This document shows, piece after piece, positions 56,069 through 64,000 of a stretch of DNA of 64,000 nucleotides. The position numbers and the translations under genes were made by a program. The notes below the pieces were generated by a model. The model searched no databases and had not been told where the DNA came from. It saw only the letters and a program-made list of their open reading frames with translations. Positions within the stretch are counted from its first letter, which is position 1, and the number at the start of each line of letters is the position of its first letter. Origin of the DNA: a virus (Duplodnaviria; Caudoviricetes); the IMG/VR virus record IMGVR_UViG_3300033066_001917, positions 96,001 to 160,000 of that record; one strand, given 5' to 3'.

Positions 56069-56704
56069 TTATAGGTTGCGATACGCAGTGGGAACGATTG
56101 TATCCGGTGCGTGAGTCCGAAGCCATTTTAGCATTTCGATTGCAATGCTATGTGGTGGTGTAGCCCCGGTTGCAGAAGCAGAGAGAGCACTGTTCACGAT
56201 GGCCCTTCCGAATTTCTTGTGCTCCTCGTCCAGATGATACAAGTCGGAGGAGGTGACTCCAGCCTCTGTTGCTGAGGGTAGAACTCCGGTCACCAGATAT
56301 CTAACCCATAAACCAACCCCACCGGCATCCGCTTCTCTTAAGGATCGCCAGTCGGGGTCTGTGTAATCCACCCCAGCCTGGAAAGGTCCGTTCTTATCAA
56401 TTTGCACTTTATGCACCAGTTCGTGAGCCAAAGTGGAAATGTACAGGTCGCCGCTGGAGACAGCATACTCGGAAAGGAGTATCAGGGTCTTTCCAGGGAA
56501 GGGGATCGTCAGGGATACGTTTTTCATCCGGTCCCCAACTAGAGACTTTGCAGAAGTCAAAGGGCCCACTACACCAGGAATAAGGGATAGGGAAGCCTCC
56601 AGGATAGATAGATACTTCCTAGCCTCTTCCGGCTCCAGAACCTTAACGTCGTGGGTGGCTTCAAATTCCTCCGCGCAAAACCGGCCTACGTCAAGTCCGA
56701 TCAT
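56069..56704 (-). CDS. Putative zinc metallopeptidase
   Basis: LAHELVHKVQ (HExxH) plus downstream READA. Confidence 0.55.
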   Translation of the reverse strand: MIGLDVGRFCAEEFEATHDVKVLEPEEARKYLSILEASLSLIPGVVGPLTSAKSLVGDRMKNVSLTIPFPGKTLILLSEYAVSSGDLYISTLAHELVHKVQIDKNGPFQAGVDYTDPDWRSLREADAGGVGLWVRYLVTGVLPSATEAGVTSSDLYHLDEEHKKFGRAIVNSALSASATGATPPHSIAIEMLKWLRTHAPDTIVPTAYRNL

Positions 56705-56934
56705 GGGTACACCGTCCCTCGAACACAAGTAGCCTCACCCCTCACCATATGACAATGTTGACCGGGTACCCGATTGCACGGACCATCACCAGTTGGATAC
56801 CATCTGGTTGGGGTGCTTGGGGAGCAAATGTGAGGTTGGTCACCCTCACACTTCCAGGCGTAGGGTTCACAGTTGGCCACTTCTGGCCTATTCACGCAAC
56901 CAAGTAGTAACAGAAGACAGAAAAAGTACCTCAT
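56701..56934 (-). CDS. Cys-rich lipoprotein
   Basis: MRYFFCLLLLLGC lipobox; six further Cys. Confidence 0.65.
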   Translation of the reverse strand: MRYFFCLLLLLGCVNRPEVANCEPYAWKCEGDQPHICSPSTPTRWYPTGDGPCNRVPGQHCHMVRGEATCVRGTVYP

Positions 56935-56981
56935 TGGTTCCTTCCTTCCATGGAGTAAATCCTAGAAGGAAGGAACCGAGG

Positions 56982-57056
56982 TGGTGCCCCAGGGTGGGTT
57001 CGAACCACCATTTCCCCCCTGGTTGGAGGGCGTCCTGTCCATTAGACGACCGGAGC
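56982..57056 (-). tRNA. Atypical tRNA: Glu-like body, scrambled loop CAACCAG (nominal ACC)
   Basis: Intact acceptor, D and T arms and CCA; A33 and A34. Confidence 0.6.
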
Positions 57057-57114
57057 AAACGAACACCAGAATGTCACAGACCTTGACTCTTTGTGGAGTC
57101 GGAGGGAAACTTCT

Positions 57115-57189
57115 TGGCGCCGCTAGCGGGAATCGAACCCGCGTTTCCAGAGTGAGAGTCTGATGTCCTAACCATTAGACGATAGCGGC
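57115..57189 (-). tRNA. tRNA-Glu(CTC)
   Basis: Canonical cloverleaf, CCA. Confidence 0.95.
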
Positions 57190-57209
57190 GGTTCCGGATT
57201 CTACATCCG

Positions 57210-57256
57210 GGGGCGCGGCAACCGTCATCTCACTATTTAGACGGTTGCCGCGCCCC
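57210..57256. repeat. 17-bp perfect inverted repeat
   Basis: GGGGCGCGGCAACCGTC / GACGGTTGCCGCGCCCC. Confidence 0.8.
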
Positions 57257-57442
57257 TACGATCCGATAGGGGCGAACTTGAGCGTTCCCGCTCTTTCGCT
57301 CGCTCTTTCAATCGTGAGAGTTTCGGTTTCATCGTCTTACTGCTTTGGTGCTTGTTATAGATGGGAAAACGGGGAAGGCGCAACGTCTATTGATTTTTTT
57401 TAACGAAAAAAGTTGAAGGAAGACGTTACATGGCCCCATTAG

Positions 57443-57522
57443 TGGGAAGTGATGGAATTGAACCATCATTACATTGTAGGGTTAACCCCCTACTTTGGTC
57501 CTAGTCTTTGGATGAACTTCCC
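57443..57522 (-). ncRNA. tRNA-like RNA with elongated anticodon arm
   Basis: GGGAAGT/ACTTCCC-A, GATGG-TTCAATT-CCATC, GTAGGG-GGTTAA-CCCTAC. Confidence 0.6.
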
Positions 57523-57581
57523 TTATGGTCTACTACCTTACGAATCCGATAGTCTTCTGATTTGAAAAATCGAACTCCGGG

Positions 57582-57971
57582 TCACAACTCTACTTCAGTT
57601 ACCCACAAAGTTGGTGGGGACATGGGGTCATGATGGGGGTATGCCTCGGCCACCCATCGCTCGAAAGGAGACCACAATTCTGTGGCAGATCTAATGCTTT
57701 CTTTGTAACGAGTAGGGATTTTGTCGATTGGGCAATTACCCTCCAAAAAAGCTCCGGATTTGACCCGGCCGACACAACGAGGCAAAGCAACCCAAAACCC
57801 TAAGAGTGTATTTTCAGATGCCTGAGATGGCATCCAGAAATCCCCCCTACCTTGTTTGCGGAGGTGGGCTTCGTACCGTGCCAAGGGCCCAAATTCCGGG
57901 TCCTCGTCATCGTAAGGCCATAAACCCATTGGGAGTTTAGACCCAAACATTATCCCTGAGATATACATCAC
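57582..57971 (-). CDS. Hypothetical protein
   Basis: 129 aa, coupled. Confidence 0.55.
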   Translation of the reverse strand: MMYISGIMFGSKLPMGLWPYDDEDPEFGPLARYEAHLRKQGRGDFWMPSQASENTLLGFWVALPRCVGRVKSGAFLEGNCPIDKIPTRYKESIRSATELWSPFERWVAEAYPHHDPMSPPTLWVTEVEL

Positions 57972-58243
57972 TCACCTTCTAACTCAAAATAATCCAAGGG
58001 ATTGGTACCTGTAGACATCCCGTGCTCGTCGAATGTGGCTACGAATTCTGAACTTTCAGTGAGAAGCCGAAGGTTTGTTTCGGTTAGTACACAAGAAATG
58101 TCCGAATGCTTCCCTAGAACTTCACCGAAATTACATCGTTTGCCAACTATTTTTCTGACATCATAGTCTTCAGCAACAAATATACCGGAAAGTTCACCCA
58201 TACGGCCAAAGTCCTGGTGGAACCTATAGATCCCTAACGTCAT
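57968..58243 (-). CDS. Hypothetical protein
   Basis: FGRMG.L.G.F, FGEVLGKHSDI. Confidence 0.65.
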   Translation of the reverse strand: MTLGIYRFHQDFGRMGELSGIFVAEDYDVRKIVGKRCNFGEVLGKHSDISCVLTETNLRLLTESSEFVATFDEHGMSTGTNPLDYFELEGE

Positions 58244-58821
58244 AGTCCTCTTGTTACCGTCTCTTCTAGAAGATACGCCAAGATAAAGGCATGACCCATT
58301 GTCCGATTGGGATCATTGATGACCCCTTTCAATGTCAGACCTAAGCTGAGATAATCGTACCCATCGAAATCCCATAGGGTGATTGATCCATCTCTCCGAT
58401 ACTGGGCTAGAAGTTGAGCATAAGCATCGGTCTGAACTACTGCCCTGGCATAAAGAGGAAAATAGACTTTTTTCCTGGCATCTAGATAGGTGAGTTTCTC
58501 ACCCCCCCACCAGCAAAAGGCCGGTTTTGCTCCTTTCCCCATGGGGTACCGATCGGCTCTTTTCTTATCCCAACCTGCCGCTGCCCATTGATAATAGTTT
58601 TCGGTGGGGAAGCCATCTCCACCTAGCTGATGGGGGTAAACCTTGGCATACTGCCAAGCGTTTTCCATATTTTGAGAGAACGGACGAGCGGCCCCTGAAT
58701 ATAGGGGCACGGGCCCCAGGTAGAAGGGGGATAACCCCCTACTCCAATTATCCGAATGACTTGTGGTGTTTATGCACCCCGGGATTCTCGGGTCTCTGGG
58801 GCCTATTACTCTAACTGGCAT
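58240..58821 (-). CDS. DUF6939-like protein
   Basis: LSPF.LGP, ENAWQ..KVY, L.Y..ARK..Y.P.Y; family assignment from memory. Confidence 0.55.
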   Translation of the reverse strand: MPVRVIGPRDPRIPGCINTTSHSDNWSRGLSPFYLGPVPLYSGAARPFSQNMENAWQYAKVYPHQLGGDGFPTENYYQWAAAGWDKKRADRYPMGKGAKPAFCWWGGEKLTYLDARKKVYFPLYARAVVQTDAYAQLLAQYRRDGSITLWDFDGYDYLSLGLTLKGVINDPNRTMGHAFILAYLLEETVTRGL

Positions 58822-59134
58822 TGATGAAATTACCAGATGGACCTAACATAACCCATTCATACCCCAACAAATCTTCGCACTTGCCGCAGTGGGGGGAGCT
58901 CAAAGAAGACCACACCCAGGATCCCGTTTGAGATTGGTATGCCTTGACCAAGGCCAGAAGAACATTTGGACCAAACACCTCTTGCTTTGAGTATTCGGTT
59001 CTACTTCTCTGAGCCGGAGTCATGTCGTACCAGGAACTCGGGGCTTTCTTCCTTCTAAGAAGGAGGTATAGGATTTTTTTCCCTGAGGTAATCTCTTCAA
59101 TTCGATTTTTGGTTAGAACGTCCGATGTCCACAT
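58811..59134 (-). CDS. Hypothetical protein
   Basis: 107 aa. Confidence 0.5.
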   Translation of the reverse strand: MWTSDVLTKNRIEEITSGKKILYLLLRRKKAPSSWYDMTPAQRSRTEYSKQEVFGPNVLLALVKAYQSQTGSWVWSSLSSPHCGKCEDLLGYEWVMLGPSGNFINAS

Positions 59135-59755
59135 TTAGAGAATTTCCTGCAAGAGTTTTGGGTCGTGCCCGTATCGGGTCTTGACTTTCTCAATCCAAGC
59201 ATGGTTTTTGACTTTGAACATGGTGGGCTGGTACCCCCTCTTAAGGGGCGCCCCCTTACACACAACCCCCTCGAACGTCATACCTTCAAGGGTGCCGTTC
59301 CTAACTGAATCGAGAAAAGGTACCGTAGGATTCCCGGAGTATAGGACTCCAGGTATCTCAACCTTTCCCTCGAACAGCTTTAGGAAATCCCTTGCCAGAG
59401 GCATCCCTTTCTTATAGATGTCAATGTCTATAAGGGTCGTGGTGAGGGTTGGGTCCTCCGGATCATGCATTCCCGCGAAAGATTTACTCCCATGAAACTC
59501 GAAGAAGCAGGTGACCATTTCAAACCGTTGATCCCGAAATATTCTGGATAGGTCTTCACCATATTTTTCGAGTGTCAGGTTGATAGCTCTCCCCATAGTG
59601 CCGTGGTCCTCAGACAGGAGAACTTTTCGACTTCCAAACTTGTGGAGACCGTGTTTCTTATCCCACTGGCATCTGACGTTCTGACCATCAAGTTTGTCAA
59701 AGGCAACGATTGGGATGTCTATGATTTTTCCGTCAAAAGATGGGTAGTGTTTCAT
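59135..59755 (-). CDS. RNA ligase (Rnl2-like nucleotidyltransferase domain)
   Basis: Motif I KLDGQN, FEFHG (III), EGVV (IV), MFKVK (V). Confidence 0.75.
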   Translation of the reverse strand: MKHYPSFDGKIIDIPIVAFDKLDGQNVRCQWDKKHGLHKFGSRKVLLSEDHGTMGRAINLTLEKYGEDLSRIFRDQRFEMVTCFFEFHGSKSFAGMHDPEDPTLTTTLIDIDIYKKGMPLARDFLKLFEGKVEIPGVLYSGNPTVPFLDSVRNGTLEGMTFEGVVCKGAPLKRGYQPTMFKVKNHAWIEKVKTRYGHDPKLLQEIL

Positions 59756-59771
59756 TTTTCCAGCTTTCTCT

Positions 59772-60059
59772 TCACTCAGGGCTACCCTCGTACTGATCCA
59801 CCAAAGTAGAACCCTCAATTTCCCACTGAACACCATTCACCGCAAGTTGGTGGCAGACTTTTCCAAACAATCCATCCATGAGAGCCTTTTTGGTCCTGAA
59901 ACCTAAAGCGACCTCTGACCTTCGAATAACAGCTTCGGGTCTCACCCCTTCAGTTGGCATTGTGCTGTAATCTTGAGCAAGTTCCCCAAAAGTCTTCGCT
60001 TCTTTATGGAGATGGCGAGCCAGAAGGATGAGAAATTCCTGATCTGTGATGGTTTTCAT
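59772..60059 (-). CDS. Hypothetical protein
   Basis: 95 aa. Confidence 0.5.
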   Translation of the reverse strand: MKTITDQEFLILLARHLHKEAKTFGELAQDYSTMPTEGVRPEAVIRRSEVALGFRTKKALMDGLFGKVCHQLAVNGVQWEIEGSTLVDQYEGSPE

Positions 60060-60835
60060 AACTGCTCTTTCCCTACAAGAAGATTCAACAGATGTTTTTT
60101 CAGTTCCGGGTTGTCAGTATTTTCATTTTCCGATGGTAGGGGGAGATTACCCAAAACCTCCCAAGATGAATGCAAGGATTTTGATAGGATAAAGTCAATC
60201 ATCCCTAGACTCAGGTGGTTTTCTCGAAGGATCTCGAATCCCAGAAGTCGGTCATATTCCCTTCTTTGAGGTTCCGTAAACAAAGCTCCGATGCAACCCT
60301 TCTCGCAAAGCCAAGCATGGACTTCCACATCGTAGAAGGTGTCACCAATCCAAGGGGATCGGTAGGACACGGGACGAAAGACTAATGCCCTACCACACTC
60401 GGGACAGGTGGAACCTTGCCCCGCCAAATGAAGGTGGTTTCTGTATTCGGAAGCTTGAGTTTTCAAATACTGAAGGAAAGAAAGGGGATTGTCCGTTAGC
60501 CCTCGAATCCCTCTTTGGGCTAACGCATGAAACAGGGTATGAAGATCGGTCGACATATGACGGATCCTCTTCAAATGGTCCTCGGGTGGTTCGGTGACTG
60601 ACGTACCAAGTTGTCGTCCTATTGCCGAAACGTCGTGCCCGAGGATAATTTGGTGAAGTTGAGCTTTAAGATCTGGGGGGAAGTACGGGTGCTCACCACA
60701 GAGGGATACTTCCTGGACCAATCTTTCTTCTAGCTGAGAGAGGTCTTCGGTAATGTATGGGCTTTCTAGATCAACAGCTCTAAGAATGAGATCGAATTTG
60801 TCGAAGTAGGAACTCACAGAGAGGTTACTGATCAA
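60056..60835 (-). CDS. Hypothetical protein with Zn ribbon
   Basis: CPECG...CEKGC. Confidence 0.55.
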   Translation of the reverse strand: MISNLSVSSYFDKFDLILRAVDLESPYITEDLSQLEERLVQEVSLCGEHPYFPPDLKAQLHQIILGHDVSAIGRQLGTSVTEPPEDHLKRIRHMSTDLHTLFHALAQRGIRGLTDNPLSFLQYLKTQASEYRNHLHLAGQGSTCPECGRALVFRPVSYRSPWIGDTFYDVEVHAWLCEKGCIGALFTEPQRREYDRLLGFEILRENHLSLGMIDFILSKSLHSSWEVLGNLPLPSENENTDNPELKKHLLNLLVGKEQL

Positions 60836-61650
60836 TCTTTAGGTCTGGTCCACTTAACCCTGTTATTGGGGTTCTTTGCCCAAACCTCTTTGCCCTCATC
60901 TTCAGCCGCAATGGCGGCATCTTCTTCCTCTTCTGTGAGGTTCCTTTCCTCTTTCCCACCAAAAAGAAGAGAAATTCTACCCCCGTGATCAAGATGAATG
61001 CTATCCGGCTCCTCTTCTACCCATTCATAGAATTCGTCCTCTTCTTGACGGAGAACGTTCAACGTCAACATGGGTTGAGCAAAGTCAACCAGGATGACTT
61101 CATATGGACCACCCCAATAACATCCCTCCACAGCCAAAGTACGTTTGCTCGGGCTGGCTGTGTATGCCGCCCAACAGAAATTTGGTGGGGACTTGTAGTC
61201 TTTTGTCTCCCCAGTAGTCAGATTAACTACGGTTTGCGATTGGTAATCCCTACCACACACAAGATAGTCATACCCATCTGGATGACCCTCTACGAAAAGG
61301 TACGGGAAGGATGAGTAGTTTCTGCAGATGGTAACGTTGGCCCCACCAGAGATTACGCCCCGAGTGTAGGACCAGAAGTTAGCCCCTTGCGGGTGTGTGT
61401 GGACAGTAAGGGTGTATTTGCCGCTTGGATTTGTCACTGTTTTTGTTTTAAGTGGGTCCTCGGTTCCTGGTCGGCACCTGAATTCAACGTGGGCTTTGCT
61501 ATAAGCTGCAAACACCCCAGGCTCAATAGCTTCAAACAACTCGGCACGTTTGGTGCTGGGGCATTGACCTTTCGTAGCATCCAAGTAGGTTTGGAGTGCA
61601 GGGGTCATACCGTCAAAATGGAAGTCACTCATTTCCAACATTACTCCCAC
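60832..61650 (-). CDS. Hypothetical protein
   Basis: 272 aa; SPSKRTLAVEGCYWGGPY. Confidence 0.6.
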   Translation of the reverse strand: MGVMLEMSDFHFDGMTPALQTYLDATKGQCPSTKRAELFEAIEPGVFAAYSKAHVEFRCRPGTEDPLKTKTVTNPSGKYTLTVHTHPQGANFWSYTRGVISGGANVTICRNYSSFPYLFVEGHPDGYDYLVCGRDYQSQTVVNLTTGETKDYKSPPNFCWAAYTASPSKRTLAVEGCYWGGPYEVILVDFAQPMLTLNVLRQEEDEFYEWVEEEPDSIHLDHGGRISLLFGGKEERNLTEEEEDAAIAAEDEGKEVWAKNPNNRVKWTRPKD

Positions 61651-62105
61651 ACACCGATTCTGGCGCTATATCGCTCGAAGGTCTCAAATCGAATAGACTC
61701 TATCCCAGGGATCAAAAATTCAAAAGACACGATCCAGGCCCATGCCTCGTCACAATCTCGACTCTCAAGAATTTTTGCTAGATCCCTTTTGGCTTCGATC
61801 ACATCAATCCACTCATTGTGTTCATTTTTGTAACCCGCCCACTCCATACTAACCGCTTTTCTAGCTACACCTTCGGGCACGTTCTTGGGTCTAACTGATG
61901 GTTGGGATGGTTCAGGGGGTATCGGGGATTTTGCAAATTCCTGGAACCATTTGTGGTTTAGGATCCAGAACACACTGGTATGAAACTCTTCCCAAGTTCC
62001 GGCAGGGAGATATGATGTGCCGTGTCGGGTTGAAACGATAATCACACCGGGGTAAAATACATTATGGGTCACGTTCTCACCGATCCTCTTCACACGTCCA
62101 CCCAT
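61641..62105 (-). CDS. Hypothetical protein
   Basis: 154 aa. Confidence 0.5.
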   Translation of the reverse strand: MGGRVKRIGENVTHNVFYPGVIIVSTRHGTSYLPAGTWEEFHTSVFWILNHKWFQEFAKSPIPPEPSQPSVRPKNVPEGVARKAVSMEWAGYKNEHNEWIDVIEAKRDLAKILESRDCDEAWAWIVSFEFLIPGIESIRFETFERYSARIGVWE

Positions 62106-63006
62106 AGGACAGTCTCAGGCTGTCTGTAAGAGGGTCGTAATACCAGCCCGTAGATCCAGCACAAATGTCAAATTCTTTCAAACTGTTATTGATAATGACC
62201 GGAAAGAACAGTCTAGACTGACCCGCCCCCAGAAAATCATCGGCTTTGGGGGATTCCTTCCCATCCGAAGAAAAGTGTGGGTTGAGGCTACGACCGGCGT
62301 TAGGGAGTACAGGGTAGAAATCGTTAATCCAACCGGAGATGGTTGGATTCTCCGTGTGGCCAGAAGGTTGATAAAGGTCAGTCGCACCCACAGTTTCAAA
62401 TCCCATTTTGTATCGGTATTCCCGAAATCGGTCCAAATGGAGAAGGATTCTATCCATCCACCCAACAACCCCAAAATCTTCCCAGTCGCAGAAGTTATTG
62501 TAAAGCAACTCCCAATCCCTTCTCTCACCACAAAGCATGATTTTGTCCACCCCTGTTTTCGACCGATTCCTTGTCGGAAATTTAGGCACCCGCCTTCGGT
62601 TCGGCTCTCCATTAAAAGCCACCCCGGCTTGTATGCCCATATCGGCGAATCCAACGGTAGTATTACCTTCAATTTGCTCCGAAAACAAAACGGTTAGGCT
62701 GGGCCTTTCCGGAAGGAAGCCGTTGATAAGATGTGCCTCAAATACATCTCTCGGCCCCAGAACCACAGGGATTTTAGCGGGCTTGGTATCTACGTCCAGG
62801 TCAACGGCGTGCAGCAAAGAAAGCAGATCCTTTGCCGGACCTTTGGTAGTCTTGCAGTGAAGTCCAAATTGACGGACAAGGGTTAACCACACATCGGTGG
62901 GGCTAATCATCGGACAGATGCCCGTCTCATGAGCCATGTCCATCAGACCCACAAGACCCCGCGTATCGTGGAAAACAGTATAACCATTTTGACAGGAGCA
63001 ATTCAT
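62077..63006 (-). CDS. DUF4419-like protein
   Basis: AH......SPTDVWL....QF..H, L.G...DW..L, ISGWI..F. Confidence 0.55.
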   Translation of the reverse strand: MNCSCQNGYTVFHDTRGLVGLMDMAHETGICPMISPTDVWLTLVRQFGLHCKTTKGPAKDLLSLLHAVDLDVDTKPAKIPVVLGPRDVFEAHLINGFLPERPSLTVLFSEQIEGNTTVGFADMGIQAGVAFNGEPNRRRVPKFPTRNRSKTGVDKIMLCGERRDWELLYNNFCDWEDFGVVGWMDRILLHLDRFREYRYKMGFETVGATDLYQPSGHTENPTISGWINDFYPVLPNAGRSLNPHFSSDGKESPKADDFLGAGQSRLFFPVIINNSLKEFDICAGSTGWYYDPLTDSLRLSYGWTCEEDR

Positions 63007-63512
63007 TGGTTTCTCCGAGCCATCATTTGCCGAATGAGAGGAAATCTCATGTCTTCTTCCCCTTCTGACGCTAGACCTAACACTGCCTCCATGAAATCGA
63101 AAATAGTATTTTTGAAAGCGGTTAGTGGCACATCAACCTCCCCAGGAGGCTCACTGAATCGATAGTCCCCCCACGGGTAGGATTCTGGCCTCATGACCCA
63201 CGAGATGTTCATTGCATCCCCTTTTCTCTGGAAAATGACATGAGGAAGACAGAAATAGGATGCCGCAAACTCCAGGTTGTGGATCTCTAGCCAGTCATAG
63301 GCTTCATCCGAGAAACGGGTTTCAATAGATGCCCGTTGAGCGAAAGGCATAGTCGAATCGCCCGGAAGGGACGACGGTGGCTCCATGTGATCCAGGAAAT
63401 AAGGCCAGGAATAAGCTAACCAAGACGCGATATCTCGAAGATCCGCCATCTCTACGGTTCGCCCAACCACACCGGACACGGATGTTCCGGCCGTGAGAGA
63501 TTTACCCCCCAC
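63003..63512 (-). CDS. Hypothetical protein
   Basis: 169 aa. Confidence 0.5.
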   Translation of the reverse strand: MGGKSLTAGTSVSGVVGRTVEMADLRDIASWLAYSWPYFLDHMEPPSSLPGDSTMPFAQRASIETRFSDEAYDWLEIHNLEFAASYFCLPHVIFQRKGDAMNISWVMRPESYPWGDYRFSEPPGEVDVPLTAFKNTIFDFMEAVLGLASEGEEDMRFPLIRQMMARRNQ

Positions 63513-63539
63513 AACAAGTTCAAAGGGTAGGGTTGTAGT

Positions 63540-63743
63540 ATGCCTACCCTAATTGAATTGGGAGAAATGATCCCGGAAATCCTTGCCAAACTATCGACTC
63601 GATGGGCTTGGTTTCCACATAATATGATTGGCCACCCGCTCTCTGAAATCCTTTTCCAATTGGGAGAGCAGGAATGGTCCAACCGAATCCACGATTGGAC
63701 CATTCCTGCTGGAGGGGCCACCTCAAAGACCGCTAGGGGTTGA
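63540..63743 (+). CDS. Small hypothetical protein
   Basis: W..HNMIGHPLSEI...IHDWTIP. Confidence 0.6.
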   Translation: MPTLIELGEMIPEILAKLSTRWAWFPHNMIGHPLSEILFQLGEQEWSNRIHDWTIPAGGATSKTARG

Positions 63744-64000
63744 CTTCTATTTGTCCTGTCTATCAACCACCGCCCAACCCATTACAGGGCGAACAGATTT
63801 ATTATCAATGGTTATCCCTAGGTGCCCGGCGTAGAAATTCATAGGGTGCGACGACCCGCACACCCAATCAAAAGGAACTACCGTGTGCCCGCGTGGTACA
63901 TTTGATGTACTGAGCTGGGATTTCGGTACCCCAACATAAGGGCTTTTGAAAAACTGAGTCCCCTTCGACAAATAAGGGAAAAGATTGATAAAAGATCCAC

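Noticed and set aside
57443-57522. Ochre suppressor (TTA) or tRNA-Asn (GTT)
   Set aside because: Loop is 6 nt, lacks U33 geometry and the arm is over-long; no anticodon can be assigned.
1-64000. Genome-wide amber (TAG) reassignment
   Set aside because: Long genes are intact in the standard code and several genes end in TAG at sensible boundaries (e.g. 19123, 41792, 46031); no CTA-anticodon tRNA seen.

Overview
A 64-kb segment of a large (jumbo/huge) tailed-phage genome using the standard genetic code. The host cannot be determined from this window. Left part (3.9-19.7 kb): minus-strand block of probable virion genes, including a 3530-aa protein. A plus-strand fibre-like trio (36.1-38.9 kb) interrupts a dispersed minus-strand array of 28 tRNA or tRNA-derived genes (34.9-57.2 kb). 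The array is mixed with HNH and PD-(D/E)xK endonucleases and at least five non-canonical tRNA-like or structured RNAs. Recognisable accessory enzymes: Pth2, frameshifted Thg1-like protein, Rnl2-like ligase, small (p)ppGpp hydrolase, NMN adenylyltransferase, Nudix, HD and DHH phosphoesterases, three DNA methyltransferases. Best novelty candidates: (1) a uORF MNHFY-UAG-LNRSRGPP plus RBS-masking hairpin upstream of a Pth2 operon, a putative stop-codon-readthrough/arrest-peptide sensor; (2) an anticodon-less 'two-headed' tRNA within a cluster of tRNA-mimic RNAs; (3) a split FGE/CLec gene followed by three alternative C-terminal cassette mini-ORFs. Two recurrent upstream motifs (GTAA-N7-9-ATG and GGTTG-N16-17-YCGATA) were also found. 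All calls are by eye, with no database searches.
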